This document shows positions 19,424 to 30,162 of a DNA stretch of 64,000 bases, in pieces (the first letter of the stretch is position 1; the number at the start of each line of letters is the position of its first letter). Origin of the DNA: an uncultured Actinomycetes bacterium (GTDB taxonomy: Bacteria > Actinomycetota > UBA4738 > HRBIN12); the NCBI GenBank assembly GCA_963722795.1, contig CAVROD010000001.1, positions 642,976 to 706,975 of the forward strand, in the 5' to 3' direction. The notes under the pieces are model-generated. The model searched no databases and had not been told where the DNA came from. It saw only the letters and a program-made list of their open reading frames with translations. The position numbers and the translations under genes are program-made.

Positions 19424-19800
19424 CCGGCGTCGGCCGAGGCGGCGGCCCAGGCGTCCTCGAGACGGTCGGGGCCGAACACCGCCTTCGGGATGTACGCGGC
19501 CGCGCCGCACTCGGCCGCCCGCGGCGCGTACTCGTCCTCCTCGTAGGTCGAGAGCAGCAGCACGACGACCGCGCCCGCCCCCTCCGCGAGGATCTGGCGG
19601 GTCGCGTCGAGGCCGTTGATGCCGGGAAGGTTCACGTCCATCAGCACGAGATCGGGCTGCAGCTCGGCGGCCATCGTGACGGAATCCTCGCCGGTCTCGG
19701 CCTCGCCGACCACGTCGAACCCGTCGGTCGCATCGACGACCATGCGCGCCGCCATGCGGAAGGGCGCCTGGTCATCGACGATGAGCACTCGAACGGTCAT
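19420..19800 (-). CDS. stand-alone receiver (REC-only) response regulator
   Basis: ORF 19420..19833. The start is at MTVRVLIVDDQ (ATG 19800) with GGAGGAA upstream. Phospho-Asp is in DLVLMDVNLPG, followed by VVLLLST and AYIPK. There is no output domain. Its stop codon overlaps the stop of kinase D on the opposite strand (TTAG). Confidence 0.8.
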   Translation of the reverse strand: MTVRVLIVDDQAPFRMAARMVVDATDGFDVVGEAETGEDSVTMAAELQPDLVLMDVNLPGINGLDATRQILAEGAGAVVVLLLSTYEEDEYAPRAAECGAAAYIPKAVFGPDRLEDAWAAASADAG

Positions 19801-19956
19801 GGGTGCATGTTCCTCCACATGCAAGCGTCCCACGGGAGGTCCCGTGCGGCAGTGATGCCAGCACCACTTTCGGTGGGACCGGTTTCCCCCGCGACGCGAT
19901 GGGTAGGACGCCCTGAGCCCGTATCCGACCTCGACCTCCCGGGAGGCTGTTCACTC

Positions 19957-20490
19957 ATGCGACTCGCCCGTTCCAGCGCTATCGCCCTCGGCCTCGCCGC
20001 CGCCCTCGCTCTCTCCGCGTGTGGCGACGACGGCACCGACACCGACACCGACCCGGCCGCGGCGGGGTCCACGACGCCGTCGGCGTCTGCGTCGGCCTCC
20101 GACGACGCGATGAGCGGCGACGCGACGTTCACCGCCACGGAGTACGGCTTCGACGGCCCCGACACCCTGCCCGCCGGCAAGGTCACGATCACCCTCGTGA
20201 ACGAGGGCGAGGAGCCGCACGAGATGGCCCTGTTCCCCGTGGAAGAGGGCCGCGGTCCCGAGGACGTGCTCGAGTACATCGAGGAGAACCCGGAGCTCGA
20301 CGGCCCGCCGCCGCCGTGGGTGATCGGCGAGGGCACGGGCACCTTCGCCAAGCCGGGGAAGACGGCCAAGCCCGTGTCGGCGAAGCTCGAGCCTGGCACC
20401 TACCTCGCCGTGTGCTTCGTGAGCACGAAGCAGAGCGACGGCACGCCGCATGCGGCGCTCGGCATGATCAGCGAGATCACGGTCGGCTGA
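19957..20490 (+). CDS. lipoprotein with cupredoxin-like domain
   Basis: ATG 19957 follows GGGAGG. The signal peptide has a lipobox (LALSAC). The mature part is beta-rich and has candidate His/Cys/His/Met ligands (EEPHEMA, LAVCFVS, GTPHAALGM). Confidence 0.65.
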   Translation: MRLARSSAIALGLAAALALSACGDDGTDTDTDPAAAGSTTPSASASASDDAMSGDATFTATEYGFDGPDTLPAGKVTITLVNEGEEPHEMALFPVEEGRGPEDVLEYIEENPELDGPPPPWVIGEGTGTFAKPGKTAKPVSAKLEPGTYLAVCFVSTKQSDGTPHAALGMISEITVG

Positions 20491-20493
20491 CCC

Positions 20494-20568
20494 GGCCGCC
20501 GGTCACGCCGCGATCTCGGCCATAACATCGCGCAGCAGCGCCGAGACCGCGAGCAGCACCCAGTCGAC
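20494..20568 (-). repeat. truncated duplicate of the holB 3' end (copy A)
   Basis: 20494-20522 is identical to 23534-23562 (29/29). 20527-20568 matches 23747-23788 (41/42). Read on the minus strand it gives VDWVLLAVSALLRD-VM-AEIAA-stop, compared with the genuine holB C-terminus ..VDWVLLAVSALLRD(60 codons)..AEIAA-stop. Confidence 0.85.
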
Positions 20569-20703
20569 CTGATCGCCTGGACGGCCTTCACCGGCCCTGA
20601 CTCGGCTCTCCACCAGGCTCTTGCCCGACCAGAAAGGGGTGCCCCGTTCGGGGTTGCCCCCGGGGTGGTACGGTCCGCCGGACCGACCGAGGAGGAGCCA
20701 GGG

Positions 20704-23531
20704 ATGTCGATCCTGCGCGCGTGCCATGACCGCCTTCGCCTGCGTCGCCGTGGTCACCTCCGTCATCTCCACCTCGGCGCGTGCGTGGTTGCCCCCGAGA
20801 AGTTCTCGACCTCGATCGAGGGGGCGTCTTCGGGGCCGACGCAGCGAGCCGTGCACATCGACGTCCGCCGCGCGCCGCGTCACGACCATGCCCGCCCAGG
20901 CCCGGGCGAGACTCGCCGAGCAACTCGGCGCGCAGGGCGTCGTGCAGATCGACCCCCTGCTGGGCACGGTGCGCTCGGTGCTGCGCCTCGACGGCACGCT
21001 GACGCCGCCGAGCGCGGACTCCCCGCGCGCGATCGCGCTCGGCTTCGTGCGCACCCATCGTGATGCGCTGGGGCTCACACGAGCCGACCTCGGCACCCTG
21101 GCGTCGCCAGGACTACGTCGACGTGCTCGGCACCCATCACCTCTCGTGGACGCAGGGGTCGGTGTGGCTCGATGCCTTCCAGGCGGGACTCGAGGCAGCC
21201 GTGACGGCCGATGGCGGCTCGTCGCTGTGCACGGGCCGATGGCGCGTGGGCTCGCCGGCACGTCCACGCGGTTCGTGCTCGATCGCGACCGCGCGTTCGC
21301 GGCGGCCGAGTTGGCCGGCGCCCCCGCCCGTGTGGCGCCCACGGCGATCGACACCGCCGAGCGGATCCTCTTCCCGATGCCCGGGCGCGGGCCCGCATGG
21401 GAAGGTCCGGGCCGCTCACGGGGCCGGCTCGCATCGCACGCCTGACTCGATCGTCGACGGCCGCACGGGTCGCGTGCTCTGGAAGCGCGAACAACGATCG
21501 TGCACGATCGGTATCGCGATCGGGACTGGCATGGCCCGCCTATCCGAGCGACACGATCCCCAACGGAGGCGGCGCCCAATCGCCGGTGACCTTCCCGGTG
21601 CTCGACGCGACGGCCCTGCTCGGGCAACAACGCGCACGTCTTCACCGACGTGCGCGGCGAGTGGGATTGGGACCCGCAACCAGCCGACGAGGTGCCTGCG
21701 GTCGATCCGGCCACCTTGTCGTGGGCCTCAACAGCCGTGCTCGAGAACGACCGGCCACGGCAGAACTGCACGCCCGATTGGAACTGCACCTGGGATTCCA
21801 AGGTGCCGCTCAGCTGGCGCACGAACAGGCTCGAGAGCGCGACCAACAGCTACTGGCTGATGAACCACTTCCACGACCACCTCGAGGCGGCCCCGGTCGG
21901 ATTCACCGAGGACGCGGGGAACTTCCAACTCGTGAACGATGACGGCGCCGGAGGGCTCGACGGCGACCCGATGTTGGTGGCCGGCATCGATCGGGGCCAA
22001 GGGCCGCAACGGTCTCCCCGATTACGTGAACAACGCGTTCATCGGCCCGGAGCCGACGGCCAGTCACCGATCGTTGGGCTGCTGCTCTTCCGAAAGGAGG
22101 ACTACGGTTCGGACTACCCGTTCGGACCCGGCTTCCCCTCAACCGATGCCGGCGTCGACGCGATGATCGTGTACCACGAGTACACGCATGGCCTCTCGCA
22201 CCGACTCGTGACCTTCCCTGACGGGGAACCGGCCCTGAACTCCCTCGAATCCGGGTCGATGGGCGAGGCGTGGAGCGATTGGTACGCGCTGGACTTCCTC
22301 GAGGCCGACGGGTACCTCGTCGACTCCGCCGCGATCGACATGCCCGTCGGCATGCACATCACCGGGGGCGCAGGCATCCGGTTCCAGTTCGCGGACTGCC
22401 GCGTCGACAGCGCGGCCGCGGACTGCCCGGAGCCGAACCCGGCCGACCCCGGCGTCGGCCCCGGTGGGTACACCTACGGCGACATGACGCACATCGCCGG
22501 CTACCCCGAGGTTCACTCGGACGGGGAGATCTGGCTGCAGACACTGTGGGAGCTTCGCGACGAGCTCGGACGGGTTCCCACCGGTGGGCCTGGTGACACG
22601 CGCGATGGAGCTGTCACCGCCCGATCCGTCGTTCCTCGATATGCGCAACGCGATCCTGCTCGCCGAGATCAATCGTCTCCGGGGGCGTCGACCACGACGA
22701 GATCTGGGCAGGTGTTCGCCGGTCGCGGCATGGGCTTCTTCGCGGAGTCGGCGGGCCGGCGGCGCGTCGACGTGCAGGAGGACTTCACGCTGCCTGTCAC
22801 CTGCCCGGGCGTGGGGTGCGGTCGCATCGAAGGTGTGGTCACCGACGCCGACAGCGGCGCCCCGATCGCCGGCGCGACCGTGACGATCGACGGTCCGTCC
22901 AGTGGTGTCCCGGTCCAGCTGAGCGCCGTGACCGCCGCCGACGGTTCGTACACCATCGACGACGTACCCAACCACGAGTATCGGCGCGTGGTCGCAGGCG
23001 CACCGGGCTTCGCGGGCGAGCGCGCCTCCGAGGTGCGCGTAGCGGGCACGGCAACCCTCGGATTCGAGCCTGGCGCGGAACTGGCGCAACTCGACGGCGG
23101 CGCCTCGATCACCGGCCAGGTCGGGCCCGGACTCCCCGGGGAGTCATGCGGGGCCGATCTGGCACTCGACGGCGATCTCGCCACCGGATGGACGACGCGA
23201 CGCATCGACGGGCGGCGACCGTCGCTCACGATCCAGCTTCCTCAACCCGTCGACATCGATCGCATCACGATTGGCCCGGCCCCGTGCGCTCAGCACAGGA
23301 GCGCCGTCGAGAACTTCTCGATGTTCACGCGCAGTGACGGTGAGCCCTGGGTGAAGGTGCTCGTGAACCGAGAGCGGCTTCCGAAGGGAACGCCTGCTGG
23401 CGTCACCTTCCGCTCGACCGAGGGCGCACCGACGTGTCGCAGGTGCGGCTGGTGCTCTCAGGTGCGGGAGTCGGCCCTGGCCCTCACGTCTCGCTCGCCG
23501 AGTTCCGAGCGCGAGGCCTGGCCACGACTGA
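20704..23531 (+). pseudogene. M36 (fungalysin-like) zinc metallopeptidase with FTP propeptide, CarboxypepD_reg-like and F5/8 type C domains; at least 10 frameshifts
   Basis: Fragments lie across three frames. They include the FTP-like LAEQLGAQGVVQIDPLLGTVRSVLRLDG and IALGFVRTHRDALGLTRADL, plus DYVDVLGTHHLSWTQ and NNAHVFTDV. The catalytic core shows WLMNHFHDHLE, the zinc motif MIVYHEYTHGLSHRL (HEYTH at 22175-22189), GEAWSDWYA and EVHSDGEIW. The tail shows GRIEGVVTDADSGAPIAGATVTIDG and a discoidin-like segment (DGDLATGWTT ... VSQVRLVLSG ... HVSLAEFRARG). The start and end are approximate. Confidence 0.75.
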
Positions 23532-23542
23532 CGGGCCGCCGG

Positions 23543-24659
23543 TCACGCCGCGATCTCGGCCAGGCACAGGAAGGCGCGCTCGAGCACGAGCCGCGTGTTG
23601 AGGTTGAGGTCCTCGGCGAGCTCGGCGCGCGCGGCCTCGATGCCCGCGAGGCCGCGCGCCGCCCGAACGACCGTCAGCTCGGCGCCCGGCGCGAGGTCGG
23701 GGTTCAGCAGGTCCTCGCGCCGAGCGCCGACGTTCGCGGCGACGCGATCGCGCAGCAACGCCGAGACCGCGAGCAGCACCCAGTCGACGTAGTCGCGCTC
23801 GGCCCGTCGCTCCCGTCGTTCGAACCGCTTCTCGATGCGCTTGATCGGACCCCGGTAGACGTCCTCGGGGCGCCCCTTGTCGTCGAGGAACGGCGCGAGC
23901 TGCTCGGCGAGCTCGGCCTTCATGCCCTTCTTGTACGCCGGCGCTGCGGCGAGCACAGCGTCGGCGGCCGCGAGGGCGCCCGACCGGTCCGGTCGCGGCC
24001 AGGTCGAGCGCCTCGATCGGCCGCGTCACGGAACGCGAGCCCGTCGTCGGTCGTCGCGAGCCGGCGCGCGCGACCGAGGTTGCCGCCGGTGAGCCGCGCC
24101 GCGAGCCGCGCCCGGGTCTCGTCGACGCCCTCGCCGGTCAGCGCCTCGACCACGAACGACTCCGACAGCGCGGTGAACGTCACCATGTGGCATCGCGACC
24201 GCACCGTGTCGGGCAGCTCGTGCGCCCGCGCCGACATCAACAGGAACACCGCGTCGGCCGGCGGCTCCTCGAGCACCTTGAGCAGCGTGTCGGCCGCGGC
24301 CGGCGAGAGCCGGTCGGCCTCGCGGATCACGAAGATCTTGCGGCCGGGCTCGGGCGCGGTGCGCGACGACGGGCGTCCAGACCTCTTCGCGGACGTGTCA
24401 CGTGGATATCACGGCCCTCGGGCTCGACCAGGAACTCGTTGGGATGCTGGTCCTTCAGCGCCAGGCGGCAGTCACGGCACTCGCCGCAGCCACCGTTCGG
24501 ACACAGCAACGCGGCCGCGAACGCCCGGGCGGCGAGTGACTTGCCGCTTCCCTCGGGCCCGGCGAGCACGTAGGCGTGATGCGGACGTGCGGCGGCGCCC
24601 TCGAGGAACGCCATCGCAGCGTCCTGTCCAGGCACCTGTTGGAGGACCGGGATCACCAT
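23543..24659 (-). CDS. holB: DNA polymerase III subunit delta-prime (at least 4 frameshifts in this assembly)
   Basis: The N-terminus MVIPVLQQVPGQDAAMAFL..HAYVLAGPEGSGKSLAARAFAAALLCP..GCGECRDCR has a P-loop and Zn module. The middle shows KIFVIREADRLSPAAADTLLKVLEEPP and SRCHMVTF. The C-terminal fragment is ORF 23543..23956. The pieces lie in different frames, with shifts near 24410, 24358, 24025 and 23985. Confidence 0.8.
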
Positions 24660-24700
24660 GGCGCTGAGTGTAGCCACGGCTGGCGACGCGAGCCGACCGC

Positions 24701-26739
24701 TCAGGCCGGCTCGTCGCCGTTCGAGCGCTCGTACTCCTCGAGCGCCTTGTCGAGCGCCGCGCGCACGTCGTCGAAGACCTCGGCCGGTTCCTTGTCGGCG
24801 TCGATCACCACGAAGCGCTCCGGGTGCTCCTCGGCGATCTTCAGGTAGGCGTCGGACGACCTTCGCATGGAAGTCCTGCCCCTCCAGCTCCATGCGGTCG
24901 GGGGCCTCGGTCGAGCGAAGCAGGCCGCGCTCGGGCTCGACGTGCAGCAGGATCACGAGGTCGGGGAACAGGCCCTGCGTGGCCCAGACGTTCAGCGTGA
25001 GCACGTCGGTGCTCGCCGAGACCACGGGCCCAGCCCTGGTAGGCGAGCGACGAGTCGACGTAGCGATCGCAGATGACGACCTTGCCCTCGGCGAGCGCCG
25101 GACGGATCACGCTCGTCACCGTCTGGGCGCGGGCCGCCGCGAACAGCAGCGCCTCGCTGCGCGCGTCGAGCTTGCCCGTCTTCGGGTCGAGCAGCACCTC
25201 GCGGATCTTCTCGCCCAGCTCGGTGCCGCCGGGCTCGCGCGTGACGAGCACGTCCTGTGATGCTTGCGCGCGCAAGTATTCCTCGGCCATCGCGATCTGG
25301 GTGCCCTTGCCCGCGCCTTCCACGCCTTCGAAGGCGATGAAGAGCCCGGTGGCCGGCGGCCGCTTCAGCTTCGGCACGAGCGCGAGGGGTTGTGGGCGGG
25401 AGAGGCGATGGCGATGCAGCAGGCGGCGGGTGTTGAGCCCGGCGATCGCGGCGAGCGCGCCGGCGGTCCACAAGCGCCAGGCGCGTGCCCGACAGGTCGA
25501 AGCGCTGGCCGCCGACGTAGAACTCGTAGTCGCCATAGACGCTCGACAGGATAGGGAAGACGGTGAGGCTCAGGAACAGCCCCATGCGCGAGAGCGTCGT
25601 GAGCGAGGCGAACGTGCGCCCGCGGTACTCGTCCTCGACGTTCTCCTGCAGCAGCGTGTAGCCGCTCACCCAGGCGAGCCCGCAGAAGGCGCCGAGCCAG
25701 ACGGTCACGACCGAGGCGAGCGGCAGGTTCGGCATCGTGGCCAGCACGAACAGGGCGCCCGCGGCCGCCACGAGCGCCCACACGAACGTGAACCCGCGGT
25801 CGACGAACTTCGCCACCTGGTTCGTGGCGGCCATGCCGAGGGCCATGCCGACGCCGAACGCGGTGACGATCACGCCCCAGGCCGCGTCGCCCGCGTCGAG
25901 CGAGCGCACGAAGATCGGGCCCGAGCGCGAGCACGGCGCCCACCGCGCCGAACGCCACCACGATGCCGGCGGTCATGGCCGAGGCGATCGAGTCCTCGCG
26001 CAGGAACTTCAGGCCGTCGACGACGTCGCGCCAGATGCGGGTGAGATCGAACCGGCCCCGCAGCCCGCCCGTCTTCGGCGGGAACGTGATGCGGCTCACC
26101 ATGAACGCCGAGAACAGGAACGTGCCGCCGTCGAGCAGCAGCGCGAGCGACTGCGGACGCCCGCCGAGCCAGGGCACGCGCGCCGCGAGTCCGGTCGAGA
26201 ACGCGGCGAGCAGCGCGAAGATGCCGCCCGCGAGCGGGCAACGTGCCGTAGGTGCTCACGAGGCCGATCGCGTTCGCGTTGGCGAGCTGGCGCCGGGGCA
26301 CCATGTTCGGCAGCGACGCGTCGCGCGCCGGCGTCCACAGCAACGACAGACATTCGATCGCGAACGACAGCAGGAAGATCGCCCACAGTTCCCCGAGGAA
26401 CGCCATCGAGGCGTACATCACGGCGCGCCCGACGTCGGCCAGGATCATGATCTGCTTGCGATCGACCCGGTCCACGAGCGCCCCGGCGAACGGGCCGAAC
26501 AGGATGGCGGGCAGCATGCGGGCGGTCATCACCGCACCGACGGCGAGCCCCGCCGCCGCGGTCGTGCCCGACAGCCGGGTCACGAGCGACGTGACCGCGA
26601 TGAACCCGACCCAATCGCCGAGCGACGAGACCGTCATCGCCGCGAGCAGGCGCGAGAAGGCCGGATGGGTGAGCAGGTCCCTCAGGGTCGCCGCACGGGT
26701 TCCGCGAAGCGCGGCGACCTCGTCGGCGACCGAAGCCAC
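24701..26739 (-). CDS. tmk: bifunctional MFS-like membrane domain / dTMP kinase (5 frameshifts in this assembly)
   Basis: MFS-like TM segments are found in ORFs 25870..26739, 25365..26177 and 24992..25909. The Tmk part shows GLFIAFEGVEGAGKGTQI, VLVTREPGGT, DRYVDSSLAYQG, PDLVILLHVEPE and the tail AYLKIAEEHPERFVVIDADKEPAEVFDDV. The frame changes near 26250, 25920, 25475, 25020 and 24862. Confidence 0.75.
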
Positions 26740-26745
26740 GAGCCG

Positions 26746-29298
26746 CTAGGCCTCCGTCGTCGCGGCGGTCGGCGGCGGCGGGGCCGGCTCGCTCACGCTC
26801 GAGGCCGCCTTCTTCGCGGTCACCTTCTTCGCCGTGGTCTTCTTCCGCGTCGTCTTCTTCGCGGCGGTCTTCTTCTTCGCCGTCGCCTTCTTGGCGGTGG
26901 TCTTCTTCTTGGCGGCGCGGGCGGCACGGGCGGCGGCCTTCGCCTCGCGGGCGGCGGTCTCGGCCTCGACGTCGCCGTCCTTCGTCACGTTGAACTCGAG
27001 GTCGAGCTCGGCGCCGCACCCCCAGCACTTCAGCGACTTGGGCCGGCGCAGCAACAGTGAGCCGCACTGCGGGCACGGGCGATCCTTCTCGGGCGGATTG
27101 CCCACGGCGCAGTCGCAGTCGGGGTAACGGCTGCAGCTGTAGAAGATGGAGCCGAACCGACTGCGCTTCTCGATCAGCTCGCCCTCGCCGCACTGGGGGC
27201 AGGTGACGCCGGTCGACACGGGCGGGTCCTTCTTGATGTAGCGGCAGTCGGGATAACCGCTGCAGCCGGTGAACGGACCGTAGCGGCCCACGCGCCGCTG
27301 CAACTGCTTGCCGCACTCGGGACACGTCTCGTCGAGCATCTCGGGCTCGGGCCGCACGCTGCCGTCCATGTTGCGGATGTAGCGGCATTCCGGGTAGTTC
27401 GTGCAGCCCACGAACTTGCCGTAGCGACCGAGCTTCACCTCGAGCGTGCCGGGCTCGCGCCCCTCGGTCGGGCACAGCGGACACGCCTCGTCGAGCTCCT
27501 CGCTGAACCGCTCGAACGAGTGCTCGGCCTTCTCGAGGGCACGCTCGAACGGGCCGTAGAACTCCTCGAGCATCGTGATCTTGCGCAGGTCGCCCTCGGC
27601 GATGTCGTCGAGCGTCTTCTCCATGTACGCGGTGAACGTCACGTCGACCACGTCGGGGAAGTGCTCGATCAGCTTGTCGGTGACGACCTCGCCGGTGTCG
27701 GTCGGGCGGAAGCGCTTGTCCTCGAGTGTCACGTACTCGCGCCGCTGGATCGTGTCGATGATCGAGGCGTAGGTCGAGGGGCGGCCGATGCCGAGCTCCT
27801 CGAGCGTCTTCACGAGCGAGGCCTCGGAGAAACGCGGCGGCGGCTGGGTGAAGTGCTGTTCGGGCAGCACGTCGAGCATGCGAAGGAGCTGCTCGACGGT
27901 GAGCACCGGCAAGGTCGACTCGGCGTCCTCGTCGGGACCCTCGTCGCGGCCTTCCTTGTAGACGCGGATGAACCCGTCGAAGGTCATCGTCTGGCCGGTG
28001 GCACGCAGGCCGTAGGTGACCGGCGCCGCGTCGCCGTTCGACGCTGCGCCGTCGCCTCGACGTCGATGCCGACCTGGTCGAAGCGCGCCTCGGCCATCTG
28101 GGTGGCCATCGTGCGCTGCCAGATCAGGGTGTACAGGCGCAGCTGGTCGCGATCGAGCGTGGCGGCCACCCTTGCCGGCGTGCGCATCACGCTCGTGGGT
28201 CGCACGGCCTCGTGCGCTTCCTGCGCGTTGCGACTGCGCGTCTTGTACCGGCGGGGCTCGGCGAGCGTGTATCGCTCCCCGTACTCGGTCTTCACGAGCT
28301 CGGCCACCTCGCGCAGCGCGGTATCGGCGATGTTCACCGAGTCGGTTCGCATGTAGGTGATGAGCCCGACGGTGCCCTCGCCGGGAAGGTCGACGCCTTC
28401 ATAGAGGCGCTGGGCGAGGGTCATCGTCTTGCGGGCGGTGAACCCGAGCTTGCGCGCGGCTTCCTGCTGCAGGGTCGAGGTCGTGAACGGCGGCGCCGGC
28501 GAGCGCTTGCGCTCCTTCTTCTCGACGTTCGTGACGCGGTACGCCGCGCGGCGCAGGCGCTCGACGTGCTCGGCCGCCTGGGCTTCCTCGGACAGCAGCA
28601 CGCCCTTCTTCTCGGGCGAGGCTGCGAGCCTTGCCCTCGGGCACCTGGGTGAGCCGGGCGGTGAACGGCTGCTCGGGACCGTCGCCGGGCGTGAGGCGGA
28701 CGTCGACGCTCCAGTACTCGACCGGCACGAACGCTCGGATCTCACGCTCCCGCTCGACGATGAGCCGCACGGCGACCGACTGCACGCGGCCCGCCGACAG
28801 ACCGGGGCGCACCCGCTTCCACAGCAGGGGCGAGATGCGGAAGCCCACGAGCCGGTCGAGGATGCGGCGGGCCTCCTGGGCGTCGTAGAGCTGCAGGTCG
28901 ATGGCGCGCGGCTGGCCGAAGGCCTCGAGGATCGCGTCGCGGGTGATCTCGGTGAAGGTGACGCGCTTGGCGGTCGTCGGGTCGACGCCGAGCAGGCTGG
29001 CCACGTGATAGGCGATCGCCTCGCCCTCGCGGTCGTAGTCCGTCGCGAGGATCAGGTCGCCCGAGCCCGCCTTCATCACCTTCTTCAGTTCGCTGAGGTG
29101 CCGCTTGGAATCCTCGGGCACCACGTAGTCGGGGGTGAAGGCGTGCTCGACGTCGACGCCGAGGCCCCCGTACCCCTTGCCCAGGTCACGGATGTGCCCA
29201 TAGGAAGCACGGACGGCGTAGTCGCCGCCCAGGTACTTCTCGATCGTCTTCGCCTTCGCGGGCGATTCGACGACCACGAGCGTCCTTCCGTTGGCCAT
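26746..29298 (-). CDS. topA: DNA topoisomerase I (2 frameshifts in this assembly)
   Basis: The Toprim N-terminus is MANGRTLVVVESPAKAKTIEKYLG..ATDYDREGEAIA. The active-site region is GLITYMRTDS. There are four C-terminal Zn-ribbon-derived repeats and an actinobacterial Lys-rich tail (KKKTTAKKATAKKKTAAKK). The gene is split over ORFs 28399..29298, 27984..28745 and 26746..27987, with shifts near 28630 and 28055. Confidence 0.9.
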
Positions 29299-29484
29299 GG
29301 CGGGGAACCTTTACGGGTCGGTGGGGACGGGTGTCAAGCCCGGTGTCGCACGGGGAACCCAGCGGCGACCGTACCACCGTGTCGCAACTCCACCGTGCAC
29401 GGTCACGTGCCGAGACCTCGTCCGGAGGCTCCGCAACGCGCTGGTACGGTCCACATATTCCCGAGGTCGTGGAGCGGCACACGC

Positions 29485-30159
29485 ATGCTCGACTGGCTGC
29501 ATCAGTTCGTGATCGACGCCGTCGCCGGCTACGGCTACGTCGCCATCTTCGTGCTGATGGCGCTGAGCTCCGCCTGCGTGCCGATCCCCAGCGAGGTCAC
29601 GATGCTGTTCGGCGGCGCCCTCGCCGCGCCGGGGTTCGCGGCCGAAGGGCAGGAACTCTCGCTCGTGGCCGTCGGTGTGGTGGGCTCGATCGGCACCCTG
29701 GTGGGCTCGTGGGCTGCCTACTGGGCGGGAGCGGTCGGCGGCCGTCCGCTGATCGACCGATTCGGTCGCTACCTGCTCATCCGCCCTCGAGAGGTCGATC
29801 AGGCGCACGAGTGGTTCGAGCGACACGGCGACGCGACCGTGGCCTTCGCCCGGGTGCTGCCCGTGTTGAACACCTTCATCTCCCTGCCGGCGGGCGTGGT
29901 ACGCATGCCGTTCTGGCGCTTCACCTGCTACACGTTGATCGGCGCGGTGCCCTGGACGTTCGCGCTCGCCTGGTTCGGCTACGAGTTGGGCGATCGGTGG
30001 CGAACGGTCGAGCGGGTTCTGCAGCCGTTCTCGTGGGCGATCGCCGGCCTGTGTGTCATCGCCGCCGTCTGGTACGTGCGCCGTCGGTGGACCACGGTGC
30101 GTGCCGAGTACGCCGCCCTCGATGCGGCGAAGGCGCACCCAGGCACGCCCGAGGGGTGA
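29485..30159 (+). CDS. DedA-family membrane protein
   Basis: ATG 29485 lies within ORF 28429..30159. The DedA/SNARE-associated signature is seen in YVAIFVLMALSSACVPIPSEVTMLFGG and GRPLIDRFGRYL ... FARVLPVLNTFISLPAG. Confidence 0.8.
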   Translation: MLDWLHQFVIDAVAGYGYVAIFVLMALSSACVPIPSEVTMLFGGALAAPGFAAEGQELSLVAVGVVGSIGTLVGSWAAYWAGAVGGRPLIDRFGRYLLIRPREVDQAHEWFERHGDATVAFARVLPVLNTFISLPAGVVRMPFWRFTCYTLIGAVPWTFALAWFGYELGDRWRTVERVLQPFSWAIAGLCVIAAVWYVRRRWTTVRAEYAALDAAKAHPGTPEG

Positions 30160-30162
30160 CGC

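Noticed and set aside
21650-24667. Very long ORFs on the strand opposite to, or out of frame with, recognisable genes. Examples: 21650..24667 (1005 aa), 52829..56068 (1079 aa), 45354..48056 (900 aa), 18001..20490 (829 aa), 48893..51025, 5691..7721, 8038..9984, 9818..11551 and 1849..3360.
   Set aside because: Their translations are Arg/Gly/Ala/Pro/His-rich low-complexity strings with no motifs. They mirror genes that do have clear domain signatures. Stop-codon scarcity in very GC-rich DNA produces such shadow ORFs. Only the segments that coincide with real genes (M36 core, lipoprotein, NUDIX and others) were kept.
26760-26960. Apparent tandem nucleotide repeats: CTTCTTCGC-type units at 26760-26960, GGCCC/GTGCC units at 58915-58975, and GCGGC-rich units at 1-130.
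   Set aside because: These are coding low-complexity regions: the TopA Lys-rich tail KKTTAKK, the flippase N-terminal GTGPGG repeats, and an Ala/Pro-rich tail. They are not CRISPR, VNTR or mobile-element repeats.
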